Part shown: positions 11,998 through 24,068 of the stretch, piece after piece
Layout: every line of letters starts with the position of its first letter
How positions within the stretch are numbered: the stretch's first letter is position 1
DNA from: Macrostomum lignano
Taxonomy: Eukaryota
DNA length: 64,000 nucleotides
Assembly (NCBI GenBank): GCA_002269645.1
Contig: NIVC01002332.1
Coordinates: forward strand, 1 to 64,000
Direction: 5' to 3'
Program-made: the position numbers and the translations under genes
Notes under the pieces: model-generated
Databases searched by the model: none
Told to the model about the DNA's origin: nothing
The model's input: the letters and a program-made list of their open reading frames with translations, nothing else

Positions 11998-12112
11998 GGC
12001 ACAGAGAGTGCACGTGCCTGACGATTAGAAAGTCAAAGGACCGCTGCGCACCCAATGTGAGCGTGTACATGAGTCCGTGCCTGAGTACAGTATTGGCGCG
12101 CTTGCATGTCCT
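11998..12112 (+). mobile_element. ~120-bp short interspersed repeat/MITE-like family (other fragments at ~4788, 7160-7262, 8620, 22960-23052, 27458-27500, 34640-34812)
   Basis: Shared consensus GAGAGTGYACRTGCCTGACGATTAGAAAGTC..CCGCTG..CACCCTGTGTGAGCGTG...GTACAGTATTGGCGCGCTTG. Confidence 0.7.
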
Positions 12113-12339
12113 CAGGAGCCAGCAGAATGGGCAGAATTGTCTCAGCGCTGGTCTTGTGAGACGCTGTTGCCGAAGGCGTTGCGTCAGGTTGCCCAGAGCC
12201 CTCCTGCGAATATCAGTACCCTAGAGGACATACCGGTACTAAAAAACGCAAGCACATTACAGACATCCTTAATTGATGACGTACGTTCACACAGCCAGCT
12301 TCTACATGGTCACAAAAGACAAGCAGCAACCAGAGTTAC

Positions 12340-12620
12340 AGGGCGCGTCTCTAGGCTTAGAACGTCGCCGACCAAATCCAGGGTGACGGCGTCGACGAAA
12401 CGCCGAATGCACGCCAGTTCTCACCGAAAGGGCACCTGCAGCGTCAGCAGCAGCACCTCCTGAAGCTTCTGTTTCGTCAGCTGGAGTCGCCTACGGCGTT
12501 GTAAAGCAGGACGATCTTGACCACCGCCTGGAACAACGCCGCCCTTGGCGGTTAGGCAAGTGCGTCGGAACTCACAGAAGTACCTGGCGTAAAAGAATCC
12601 GTATGCAGGAGTGGGCATGC
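12340..12620 (-). mobile_element. decayed RTE-like non-LTR retrotransposon, RT C-terminal fragment
   Basis: Frameshifted translation SDALPNRQRAALFQAVVKIVLLYNA then QEVLLLTLQVPFR...RRFVD resembles the RTE-clade post-RT region (LFxAVVExVLLYxAETW). Contains stops and a deletion. Confidence 0.55.
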
Positions 12621-12858
12621 GAAATTCGTGGTTCTGATCACTTGTGACTGCAGGTCGATGTGCACTGTAGAAGTTGCTTGGCTCCGTTGTCTACAAATTA
12701 ACTAAAAGTACCAGCATCAATCATCCATTTAAGATCAGCTTTTATGGTTGCATGCAGTTATTTATAACATCCGTAATAGTTATGTCACTTTAATAATTTA
12801 TGACATTTGTTTGCACGCGTAAAAGAGTTGACCACTTGTGGGTATGACTGTGGTTTAA

Positions 12859-13526
12859 CACTACCAACTACGAACTACCAAAGGGGAGAGAAATTTCGGA
12901 CTGGACAATCTTTTTTTGCTGCGCCGAAACGAAGCAACGCAGGCACACGAAATTCAAGAACACGGGCGAACTTTTTGTTGCGCACCTTCTCAAATAGGAA
13001 TCAAGTCGCCAGCCCTCTGGACTGTCGAGATATACAAAAAATCTTTCAGAAGGTCGGATTTTCTCAATAAGCGCTAGTGTATTCAGTACATCCCTGTGCG
13101 CAAATCAGCACAGTGCAGCCTCAGTGCAGCCTTGCCAAGCCTCCAAGTTTCATCAGCGCGTCAACTAAATTTGTCTGCATCATATCTGACTTCTTTGGTC
13201 AGTTACTTAGACAAATGCGGAGCTTCTGGACCTTCAACAGGACCTTCAACAGTCCGTGGTCCCTTGGTGCCAAATGTTGAAGGTCTAGACGCTCCGCGTG
13301 GGTCAAGACAAGTGACTATTGAAGTCAGGGCTAATGCAGTCACACGTGTTTGGCAAGGCCGCACATCGAGGCGCAGTGCTAATTGGCGCACAGGGATGTA
13401 TTGAGTATGGAAAAAATCCGACCTTTTCGGAAGAATCGTTGAATATCTTGTCGGTCCCGAGAGCTGGCGACTTGATTCTTCTTTGAAAAGAAGTGTGCTA
13501 CAAAAAATTATACCATATTCCTACTG
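12859..13526. mobile_element. 668-bp palindromic miniature (MITE) of the adjacent foldback element
   Basis: The left half matches the outer arm of 13609-16705 and the right half is its reverse complement. Flanked by TTAA at 12855-12858 and 13527-13530. Lacks the 151-bp arrays. Confidence 0.85.
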
Positions 13527-13608
13527 TTAATAACAGATTAGCTAGTAGATTTTCATGTCCAAGGTCAAGCATTTAGCGCGTCCATTACGTCAGTTAATTA
13601 TTAATTAA

Positions 13609-16600
13609 CAGTAGAACTACCAAGAGGGGGGGAAAAATTCCCCCCCCCCCCTGACAATTTTTTTTGCTGCGCCGGAACGGAGCAACGCAGGCACACGAAA
13701 TTCAAGAACACGGGCTAACTTTTTGTTGCGCACCTTCTCAAACAAGAATCAAGTCGCCAACCCTCCGGACCGTCGAGATATTCGACGATTCTGCCAGAAG
13801 GTCGGATTTTTCCCATAAGCGCTAGTGTATTCAGTACACCCCTGTGCGCCAATCAGCACTGCGCCTCAGTGCAGCTTTGTCAAGTCTCCAAATTTCATCA
13901 GCACGTCGACCAAATGTGTCTGCATCAGCTCTGACTTCGTTGGTTACTGGCCTTCACCGAGACGGAGCTTCTAGACCTTCAACAGGTGGCACCAGGTGGC
14001 TATGAACACCTTGATGCGAATTTCTCTAGTTTCGCCGATCAAGCCTCGACAGTAGGCAAGCCTCAACTGCCAGACACCCTCAGCTAGTCTCCTGAGCATT
14101 CCGTCATCATCCCGACGCCGTCGGCTCCTTCAACAGATGACACCAAGTTACTATGGACACCTTGATAAGATTTTCTCGAGTTTCACCGATCAAGCCTCGA
14201 CAGTAGGCAAGCCTCAACTGCTGGACACCTTCAGCTAGTCTCCTAAGCATTCCGTCATCATCCCGACGCCGTCGACTCCTTCAACAGATGACACCAAGAT
14301 ACTATGGACACCTTGATAAGATTTTCTCGAGTTTCACCGATCAAGCCTCGACAGTAGGCAAGCCTCAACTGCCGGACACCCTCAGCTAGTCTCCTGAGCA
14401 TTCCGTCATCATCCCGACACCGTCGGCTCCTTCAACAGGTGGCATCAGGTGACTATGGACACCCTGATGCGAATTTCTCTAGTTTCGCCGATCAAGCCTC
14501 GACAGTAGGCAAGCCTCAACTGCCGGACACCTTCAGCTAGTCTCCTAAGCATTTAGCCATCACCCCGACGCCGTCGGCACCTTCAACAGGTGGCACCAGG
14601 GGAGTAAGGACACCCTGATGCGGATTTCTCTAGTTTCGCCGATCAAGCCTCGACAGTGGGCAAAAATCAACTGCTGGACATTCTCAGCTAGTCTCTCAAG
14701 CCTTCCGTCATCATCCCGACACCGTCGGCTCCTTCAACAGGTGGCATCAGGTGACTATGGACACCCTGATGCGAATTTCTCTAGTTTCGCCGATCAAGCC
14801 TCGACAGTAGGCAAGCCTCAACTGCCGGACACCTTCAGCTAGTCTCCTAAGCATTTAGCCATCACCCCGACGCCGTCGGCACCTTCAACAGGTGGCACCA
14901 GGGGAGTAAGGACACCCTGATGCGGATTTCTCTAGTTTCGCCGATCAAGCCTCGACAGTGGGCAAAAATCAACTGCTGGACATTCTCAGCTAGTCTCTCA
15001 AGCCTTCTGTCATCATCCCGACGCCGTCGGCTCCTTCAACAGGTGGCACCAGGGGAGTAATGACACCTGAGCGTGATTTTTCATCATGCTCTTAACATTT
15101 CTGAAGCTCTCAAAATTTTTAAAGCACGGACATTGCTATAGTTAAGCTTGAACTCATGTTGCTGTATATTATATTATTATTACGCATACTTTTATGCATA
15201 CGAGCTACATACATATTTTATTCGAAAAGCTGTTTAGTTTATTCAACTATTATATTGAACCCAATTTTTATGCAGAAAGGGTTTTGCTTATAAGAAGCTA
15301 GTAAATTCAATCCGTTTTTTCATTTTATAATGATTCAGAAATGTTAAGAGCATGATGAAAAATCACGCTCAGGTGTCCTTACTCCCCTGGTGCCACCTGT
15401 TGAAGGTGCCGACGGCGTCGGGGTGATGGCTGAATGCTTGACTGACTAGCTGAGGATGTCCAGCAGTTGATTTTTGCCCACTATCGAGGCTTGATCGGCA
15501 AAACTAGAGAAATTCTTATCAGGATGTCCATAGTCACCTGATGCCACCTGTTGAAGGAGCCGACGGTGTCGGGATGATGACGGAATGCTCAGGAGACTAG
15601 CTGAGGGTGTCCGGCAGTTGAGGCTTGCCTACTGTCGAGGCTTGATCGGCGAAACTAGAGAAATTCGCATCAGGATGTCCATAGTAACTTGGTGTCATCT
15701 GTTGAAGGAGTCGACGGCGTCGGGATGATGACGGAATGCTTGAGAGACTAGCTAACAATGTCCGTCGGTTGAGGTTTGCCCATTATTGAAGCTTGATAAG
15801 AAAGACCTGACATAGTTGCAAAAGGACGTCCATAGTCACCTGATGCCACCTGTTGAAGGAGCCGACGGTGTCGGGATGATGACGGAATGCTCAGGAGACT
15901 AGCTGAGGGTGTCCGGCAGTTGAGGCTTGCCTACTGTCGAGGCTTGATCGGTGAAACTCGAGAAAATCTTATCAAGGTGTCCATAGTAACTTGGTGTCAT
16001 CTGTTAAAGGAGTCGACGGCGTCGGGATGATGACGGAATGCTTAGGAGACTAGCTGAAGGTGTCCAGCAGTTGAGGCTTGCCTACTGTCGAGGCTTGATC
16101 GGTGAAACTCGAGAAAATCTTATCAAGGTGTCCATAGTAACTTGGTGTCATCTGTTGAAGGAGCCGACGGCGTCGGGATGATGACGGAATGCTCAGGAGA
16201 CTAGCTGAGGGTGTCTGGCAGTTGAGGCTTGCCTACTGTCGAGGCTTGATCGGCGAAACTAGAGAAATTCGCATCAAGGTGTTCATAGCCACCTGGTGCC
16301 TCCTGTTGAAGGTCTAGAAGCTCCGTCTCGGTGAAGGCCAGTAACCAACGAAGTCAGAGCTGATGCAGACACATTTGGTCGACGTGCTGATGAAATTTGG
16401 AGACTTGACAAAGCTGCACTGAGGCGCAGTGCTGATTGGCGCACAGGGGTGTACTGAATACACTAGCGCTTATGGGAAAAATCCAACCTTCTGGCAGAAT
16501 CGTTGAATATCTCGACGGTCCGGAGGGTTGGCGACTTGATTCTTGTTTGAGAAGGTGCGCAACAAAAAGTTAGCCCGTGTTCTTGAATTTCGTGTGCCTG

Positions 16601-16705
16601 CGTTGCTCCGTTCCGGCGCAGCAAAAAAAATTGTCAGGGGGGGGGAAATTTTTCCCCCCCTCTTGGTAGTTCGACGGGCGGAAAAATGGCTTGGTATTCC
16701 TACTG
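13609..16705. mobile_element. 3.1-kb non-autonomous foldback-type DNA transposon with ~1.4-1.5 kb inverted arms containing 151-bp tandem subunits
   Basis: Left arm 13609-15105, AT-rich spacer 15106-15333, right arm 15334-16705. Termini TTAA|CAGTAG ... CTACTG|TTAA. CCTTCAACAG recurs at 13976, 14127, 14278, 14429, 14580, 14731, 14882, 15033 (period 151). No transposase ORF. Confidence 0.93.
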
Positions 16706-18003
16706 TTAAGCAGTCAATTCTTTAATGTTTCCGATGAGAAAGTTTGTTTTAGTTCGATAGAATTGCTTTCCTGATGTAGCGCTAGAGAAAGAAGCTTATT
16801 GACATGTACTAACTGCACTAGTTAGTGATTAAAATCCACAAATGCGGTTGATTGCACTTTTTAAAGGTAATTTTTGGATGGATTCATCACTGCGAAAAAG
16901 AGATACGCATAGCTATTAAAACTTTCTCTGAAAAAAAACTCACCAATTTAATGCTCCTTGCTGTCAGCCTGAACTCCTGACAATTTGGCTGTCAAATGAG
17001 CCAAAATAAAAGAAAAACGCCAATCCGTTAGAGCAGCGAATTACCTTGTGCGCGCACTCTGACCCCAATGAGAGTAAATAAGCTACACGACAAGACCTCG
17101 AGGTCATGCAGAATTTCGTGCATGACCTCAAAATGGGTTGTCGTTGGCTTCTCGATCAGAGCCGATCAGGCTTCTCGATGTTAAATCTCATTACTAGACC
17201 AAGAATTTTATGGGACATCTCGCCCGCCCGCTTATATCAATATGGGAAATGGGAATGCTAGCTATGTCAATTTCAATTAAAACCCAGCCTCATAATCCGT
17301 CCGTATTTAATTCGTGGGGCGCAGTTTTGAGACGTAGACAGGATGCGATGTTCATTTATTCCAACCTCTCGTGTTGGAAGAGAGCCAGACCCCTCTCCGA
17401 TAAACCGGATCCATTTTCTGACTAAAAGTTGACGGCCCATGCGTTATAGAATCGAGCCCAGGGGCCACTTATGTACTGCTTCAAGATCTTCAGAGTCTGC
17501 AGTTGTTAACGTAATTCAACAGTTGGTCGTGCAGACCTACTTCAAATAGCTTTGCGCTACGAAAAGGAGGATTTCAAGTTCCAGGTGGCGATCTTGGTGG
17601 ACCCACCATACTTACCCAGTGGTATTGTCTTAATTTTACAATACAGTGTGCGCAATGGTAGTCATTGCCTAATTGCTAATTGCACTCGGAAATTAATATT
17701 GTACAACTCATTACATACCTGCAGTTAGAATAAATAGCAAAATCAGTAGGCCTAGCATAGAGCGATCAGGCGCTGTAATTAGAGCTGTTTAAGTGTGCAA
17801 TGTGCATGGCTGAGTTTTTCTGAGTTCTTCATCCACAGACCCAGTCGACTTTTATCCAATGAAATCAGATTTTAGTATAGCATCTATCTGGTTGGCTGAA
17901 GGCTCTCTCCTATGCATTCATACAAAAGCCCTTAAAACTTTTTGCCTCTAGATGTAAATGAATTTTTTTCTTGACAAAAATTAAACAAAGCGTAGAGTTC
18001 GTC

Positions 18004-21000
18004 ATGACAACCTATCACGTTGTGGAATGCGATTTAAACACCACTGATGCACAGTGCATTGAAGATCAGTGGGGCCAAGCTGCCACTTACAGTGTTGGCC
18101 AATTAACTGCTCTAACCGTGGCTTTAGCCTGCATATTCTTTATCGGCTGCGTTGGAAATTTAATCACCTGCGTAGTGATTGCGCGCACGCAGTTCATGCG
18201 AACTGCTACCAATTTTTATCTGTTCAATTTGAGCGTGTCCGACTTAGTGGTGCTTTGGTCGCGACTGCCCTTCGATCTGCTCACACACTGGAGACGATAT
18301 CCGTTCCCTGAGAGTCAGCTCCTGTGCGTTGGATCCGGTTTTCTATCCGAGATGTGCACCTACTGTTCGGCCCTGACTGTCACTGCTCTGACTGTGGAGA
18401 GATACTGCGCCATCTGCCGCCCGATGCAGGTGTGTCTTCTCAAATTGTGACATTTCATTGGGTTGGAACTACCGGGAGCCGATGTTTCCTTGGGTTGCAG
18501 TTGCTGGGAGGTGATGCTTCCTGGAAGCGGTGCTGCTGGGAGGTGATGCTTCCTGGAAGCGGTGCTGCTGGGAGGTGATGCTTCCTGGAAGCGGTGCTGC
18601 TGGGAGGTGATGCTTCCTGGAAGCGGTGGTGCTGGGAGGTGATGCTTCCTGGAAGCGGTGCTGCTGGGAGGTGATGCTTCCTGCGGTGCTGCTGGGAGGT
18701 GATGCTTCCTGCGGTGCTGCTGGGAGGTGATGCTTCCTGCAGTACTGCTGGGAGGTGATGCTTCCTGCGGTGCTGCTGGGAGGTGATGCTTCCTGCGGTG
18801 CTGCTGGGAGGTGATGCTTCCTGGAAGCGGTGCTGCTGGGAGGTGATGCTTCCTGGAAGCGGTGCTGCTGGGAGGTGATGCTTCCTGGAAGCGGTGCTGC
18901 TGGGAGGTGATGCTTCCTGGAAGCGGTGCTGCTGGGAGGTGATGCTTCCTGCGGTGCTTAACTTCAACGATGAAACACCTGCCTGTCTGATAGTTAAACA
19001 GAAAAAAGTTTAATTTTCAGTTATCATAAAATGCCATTGCAAAAACCTAATTTTAAGCGCGTAAAATAACTCATTATTGGCCTATTATATACAAGAAAAC
19101 CTATCGAATAAAAATACTTCAAACCAGACAGCGAGCTGGAGGGCTGGCTCAGACGGTATTGTAATCCTGAATTGAATTAATTTATTAATATTTCCATATT
19201 GTTATAGAATGAATTTCACCTTAATTTTTGCGTGCATTGAATTCTATCTTCATAAACATCAGTCCAACTAATTAAAAAAATTAGTTAGGGAAGCCAGCAG
19301 AGGCCTATGGGGATCTTGTCAGAAAAGGATATCTTGATTTGGGGTTTGGGATAAACAGGAGATTAAACAGCATTTCTGCGCGCAAACGTTTATAAACTCA
19401 GATTCATTAACGATTTTAATCAGTAAACGTGTATACATACTTTTTAAAAGCGTATTTTCTCGACAAAACCTAACAAATAGCAATGAAAGACCTTGAGTTT
19501 ATCAGGCACAGATATAAAATTAATGTGGATGATCTTTTATAACTTTTCTACCTGGTAACGCATGCTTTGAAAATTTAGTTTTCTAAGAACCCATCGAGTC
19601 CAGTGATTTATTTCACCACGCCTGACATTCTACTGACATCAACATCTCGCCCAGATCCGTCGCGGCCTGGGCCTCAGCCGTGCCGTGAAAGCCATCGCAG
19701 CCTCGTGGAGTCTGTCGGCCTGCCTGTCTGGCGTGATGAGCTCCCAGCTAGGATTCGAAGTTCTAATTCGAAACGACTCAAGCACCGGCAGTCAGGGCCG
19801 AGTGCTGATCGAGTCTCGAATCTGCGAGGTGACCAAGACTCGACGGATTCCGTATTCGTTTCTGGCTTCGTCTCTGCTGCTGTTTGTCTGCCCAATGATG
19901 CTCATGGCGGCCATGTACGTTCGAATTGGCACTGCGGTGCATCGTTCGTTGAATCCGCCAGCGAGGAAGAGCTCGGCCGGCTCGGTGCACAGTCACACCA
20001 GCGACGAGCAGCGGGCGGTGCAGAAGGCGCGGGGTCGAAAAACTCTGCTGAAACTGCTCGGTGAGCGCTTTTTGGGGCGTTTTTTACAGTCCCTGTTGGG
20101 CTTTGCAAGCTCCGTGCGTTTGCAGTCTCCGGCCGGAGATCGCAAGACAAATTTGACTCTGCTTTGCGATCTCCAGTTGCGGACAACGCAAGACATAACA
20201 GTGACTCCCGGGGGGAGACTGAAAGTACCCCAAAGAACGTAAAGCAGCTTAGAGATATCTCCGGGAGAGATCAGAAAGCTCTTTCAATGTCCGGGGAGAC
20301 CAGAAAGTACTTGTACTATCTGGGCGGATAACCGTACAAGACACGGATATTCGAAAGTATAAAACCTGGCATTGATTGAAGACAAGGTTATAGAGATGGT
20401 TGCTAAGATTCTAAGTCTCAATGGGGCTTGCTGAGATTCCAAGTCTCAATGGAGGTTGCTGAGATTCCAAGTCTCAATGGAGGTTGCTGAGATTCCAAGT
20501 CTCAATGGAGGTTGCTGAGATTCCAAGTCTCAATGGAGGTTGCTGAGATTCCAAGTCTCAATGGGGTTTGCTGAGATTCCAAGTCTCAATGGGGGTTGCT
20601 GAGATTCCAAGTCTTAATGGAGGTTGCTGAGATTCCAAGTCTCAATGGGGGTTGCTGAGATTCCAAGTCTCAATGGGGGTTGCTGAGATACCAAGTCTCA
20701 AAGGGGGTTGCTGAGATTCCAAGTCTCAAAGGGGGTTGCTGAGATTCCAAGTCTCAAAGGGGGTTGCTGAGATTCCATGGTCAGTGGGTTTCACTTTATA
20801 CGTCTCTTCTCGCCCAAGTTCAATGCAGTTGCATGCATACGTTGTTTGGAGAACTTGGGAAAAGAACACACTATAATTTGCGTTTTTTGCGGTTGTGAGC
20901 AAACCCGAACGTTAAAAGTGCATAATTCAAAAAAGTCGTTTACAATAACTATTGGCAAACAGTTTCCATGCAGAAGCATCCTTGAGCACATAGCTGTACA

Positions 21001-22715
21001 TTATGGGAGCTTCTAATCTCGGAAGGAAGTAAGGGATGACTCGGTGGAAACTCAATTGCGCCTGATGAAGCTGGCGGGCACTTAACAGCCCACTCGACCT
21101 GCCTTGCGAGTTTGTTGTTAAAAGTCCCAATCCTAGATTGAATGCTTGTTCATTAGGCTTGTGAGAGCTTCCTTTAGATATTTTGTTATGTTGCGTGGTA
21201 ACCATGGTTTTTGTTATAGCTGAATTCCGTTGCTCGCAAATCCAATTAATCAGCTCTTGGATTTTTTGGAGATAGGAGGGATTTAAAAATCAGATGCATT
21301 CTCTGCTTGAAAAAATATAATAACTAATTATTAATAACACTAAAATAATAAATGAGCGGATAAATGAATAAAAAAGTGCGAAGAAACTGCTCAAAATGGG
21401 TCACAAACTTGTCACGATTCTAAAATGAATACTCACACGATCTCATATGAGCATACAAAAAATTATACCTGAGCATTCACACAATTCTGCTTGACAATTC
21501 ACAAGATTCTACCCGACCATTCACAAGATTCTACCTGACCATTCACACAATTTTCCCCGACCATTAACATGATTCTACCTGACCATTCACACGATTCTAC
21601 CCGACCATTCACACGATTCTATCCAACCATTCACACGATTCTACCCGACCATTAACACGATTCTACCCGACGATTCACACGATTCTACCCGACGATTCAC
21701 ACGACTCTACCTGACCATTCACACGATTCTACCTGACTATTCACATGATCTTACCTGAACATTCACACGATTTTACCTGACCATTCACAGGTTTCTACTT
21801 GACCATTCACAGGTTTCTACTTGATCATTCACCTACCTGAACACTCACACGATTCTACATGAAAACTCACGCGATTGTTCATGAATTCATCACACGATCC
21901 TAAATGACTATTCTCCATTAAAAAAATGACCATTCTCAGTTTCTTCACAACAATTACCCCATGCATCCACCATTGCAGTTGGCATTGTGCTGGCCTTCTT
22001 CCTATGCTATGCACCGTTCCACCTGTCTCGCATTCTGGCGGAGGCCGTCCCCAAGGAGGCGTTCTGCCACGACTGCGCCATCACGAAGATCCAGCAGGCC
22101 CTTTTTCACATCTCCGGCCCGCTATTCTTCGGCTCCTCCATAGCCAACCCGATTCTTTACAATTTGATGTCGCTTAAATTTCGGCGCGCTTTCAGCAACG
22201 TCATGCTTCGATTGATTCGGCGAAGTCCAACGGCCAGCGCATCGGCGAGGCGGAACGGTAATGCGGTAATGCGACGTCTTGTGACGCCAGCGCGACATCG
22301 CGACGAAGCTTACCGAGGCGGAGCCGCCGCCAACGTTGGCGAAGCTCTGCGACTGCACTCGATGCCACGAAACCACCACCAGCAGCAGCAGGACGCCCAG
22401 GCTTCAATCAGCAACAATGCCAACAACAATGCCAACAACAACAACAACAACAACCATCACAACAACAGGCAGCAAGGCAGCAACAATAGCGCCGGTAGAA
22501 GTAACAGCAACAGCGACAGCAGCAAAGAGCCAACAACTTGCAGCTGGCGTCGGCAACACCACAACTGCCATCACCACCAGCGGCATCCGCACAGGCCGCT
22601 TCCTCAACAGCTCAACGAGACGTTGGAATCTCACGGCGGTGGCTCGCCGACGTCGAGAAATCTCAACTGCGACGATCCATTCAGCGCCCAGCGACTGTCG
22701 GCTGAGACCAAGTGA
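18004..22715 (+). CDS. Class A neuropeptide GPCR, neuromedin U / PRXamide (CAPA-pyrokinin) receptor-like, ~522 aa
   Basis: Exons 18004-18429, 19655-20060, 21979-22715 (GT-AG, phases 0 and 1, total 1569 nt). Motifs GNLITC, MRTATNFYLFNLSVSDL, TVERYCAICRP, LFVCPMMLMAAMYVRI, FFLCYAPFHLSR, ANPILYNLMSLKFRRAF. Confidence 0.92.
18490..18955. repeat. 28/32-bp minisatellite in GPCR intron 1 (CTGCTGGGAGGTGATGCTTCCTGGAAGCGGTG)
   Basis: About 15 units in two length variants. Confidence 0.95.
20400..20776. repeat. 27-28-bp minisatellite in GPCR intron 2 (GTTGCTGAGATTCCAAGTCTCAATGG[A/G]G)
   Basis: About 13 units. Confidence 0.95.
21475..21900. repeat. 22-bp minisatellite in GPCR intron 2 (ATTCACACGATTCTACCCGACC)
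   Basis: About 18 units, decaying at both ends. Confidence 0.92.
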
Positions 22716-23739
22716 ATTGCGACTGCCAGTATGTTGTGGGCACACCATCAACTGGAAACTATATGTACTCGCATGTACCACGGAAAATCTCGACATGTTT
22801 ACAAAAGACCACAGCTAGTTTTGTACTTTAGTTTAGAGTCAGAGGAGCGTCAAAAAAAGAAGTTTTAATTTTGATGATTTTAAAGGTCGCGCCACGACTC
22901 CTGTAAGGGTTCGATTGCGTGCGCGGGCAACGTTCATTTGGGGCTTACATTTACATGCCTCGTACATGCCTCACCGACTTAGAAAGTTGGAGCCGCTGTA
23001 CGCCCTGTATGAGTGCGTGCGCCTGCGTACAGTATTGGCGCGCTTGTATAGCTCGTAATGTGCTACCCTACTAACTTTTCTGCGTGTTTTAACTAACGTA
23101 CCACTATTTACACTTATATTCGCCCACTAACAATTATTTATTTAAATTGTCTTTGTCCTGACACAAGATTCTAGTCACCGATAATAGCTAGCTTATTTAT
23201 TAATCCCGATGATTCTAATTGAAGAATCCATGATGCTATTGAATTTTGCGTGTCAATTGCACAGCCTAAAGTTTTGACCTGGATTCTGGTCAGCTGGGTA
23301 AACACGATGAAATTATGTCTGTTTTCGATCAATATTTATTCCAGTATTGTGGACTTTTAGTACCTACCTGGTTGTGATTGATGTTTTCAATGCTATTTTA
23401 TCCATGTTTCGTGACGCTATCTGATCGACGTTAGTGACGTCTGTTATTACTCGCTTTGTACTGATCTATCAGACTGCGATACACATGCAAGTTCCCTTTG
23501 TAGGTATAGATTTTATCTAATAGTTCTTCGTGCAATGTGTAGCCATGTTTGTGTAAAAAAGTCCTATTGAGGCTCGGCTTTCTGTCGACTTTGTTTTTTA
23601 ATTATTATTAATTTGCGTAATTTGTAACTTTTGTAACAAATCAAATAGAAAAATAAATGCTTAATATAATTAAATTTGCACGAATGATTCACAGCAGGGT
23701 TTAAGTCAATTCTTACCAACAGTTTTTAGCTGAGTTTTG

Positions 23740-23740
<1 letters not shown>

Positions 23741-23787
<47 letters not shown>

Positions 23788-23817
23788 GGATAAAATAGAT
23801 AGATAGATAGATCGATC

Positions 23818-23868
<51 letters not shown>

Positions 23869-23875
23869 GGATAAA

Positions 23876-23960
<85 letters not shown>

Positions 23961-23985
23961 CAGATAGATAGATAGATAGATAGAC

Positions 23986-24044
<59 letters not shown>

Positions 24045-24068
24045 CAGATAGATAGATAGATAGATAGA
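23741..24068. repeat. (GATA)n microsatellite
   Basis: About 80 units with few interruptions. Confidence 0.98.

Noticed and set aside
13976-16312. 151-bp, 76-bp and 45-bp arrays as CRISPR arrays
   Set aside because: The units are head-to-tail with no unique spacers, there are no cas genes, and the context is eukaryotic.
17971-18003. GPCR start at 17971 as given by the ORF track
   Set aside because: That codon is TTG. The first in-frame ATG is 18004, and the ATG at 17958 is out of frame.
21035-21095. Hammerhead ribozyme at GGAAACTCAATTGCGCCTGATGAAG
   Set aside because: GAAA lies only 11 nt upstream of CTGATGA, too short for helices III and I, and there is no GAAA after the putative helix II.
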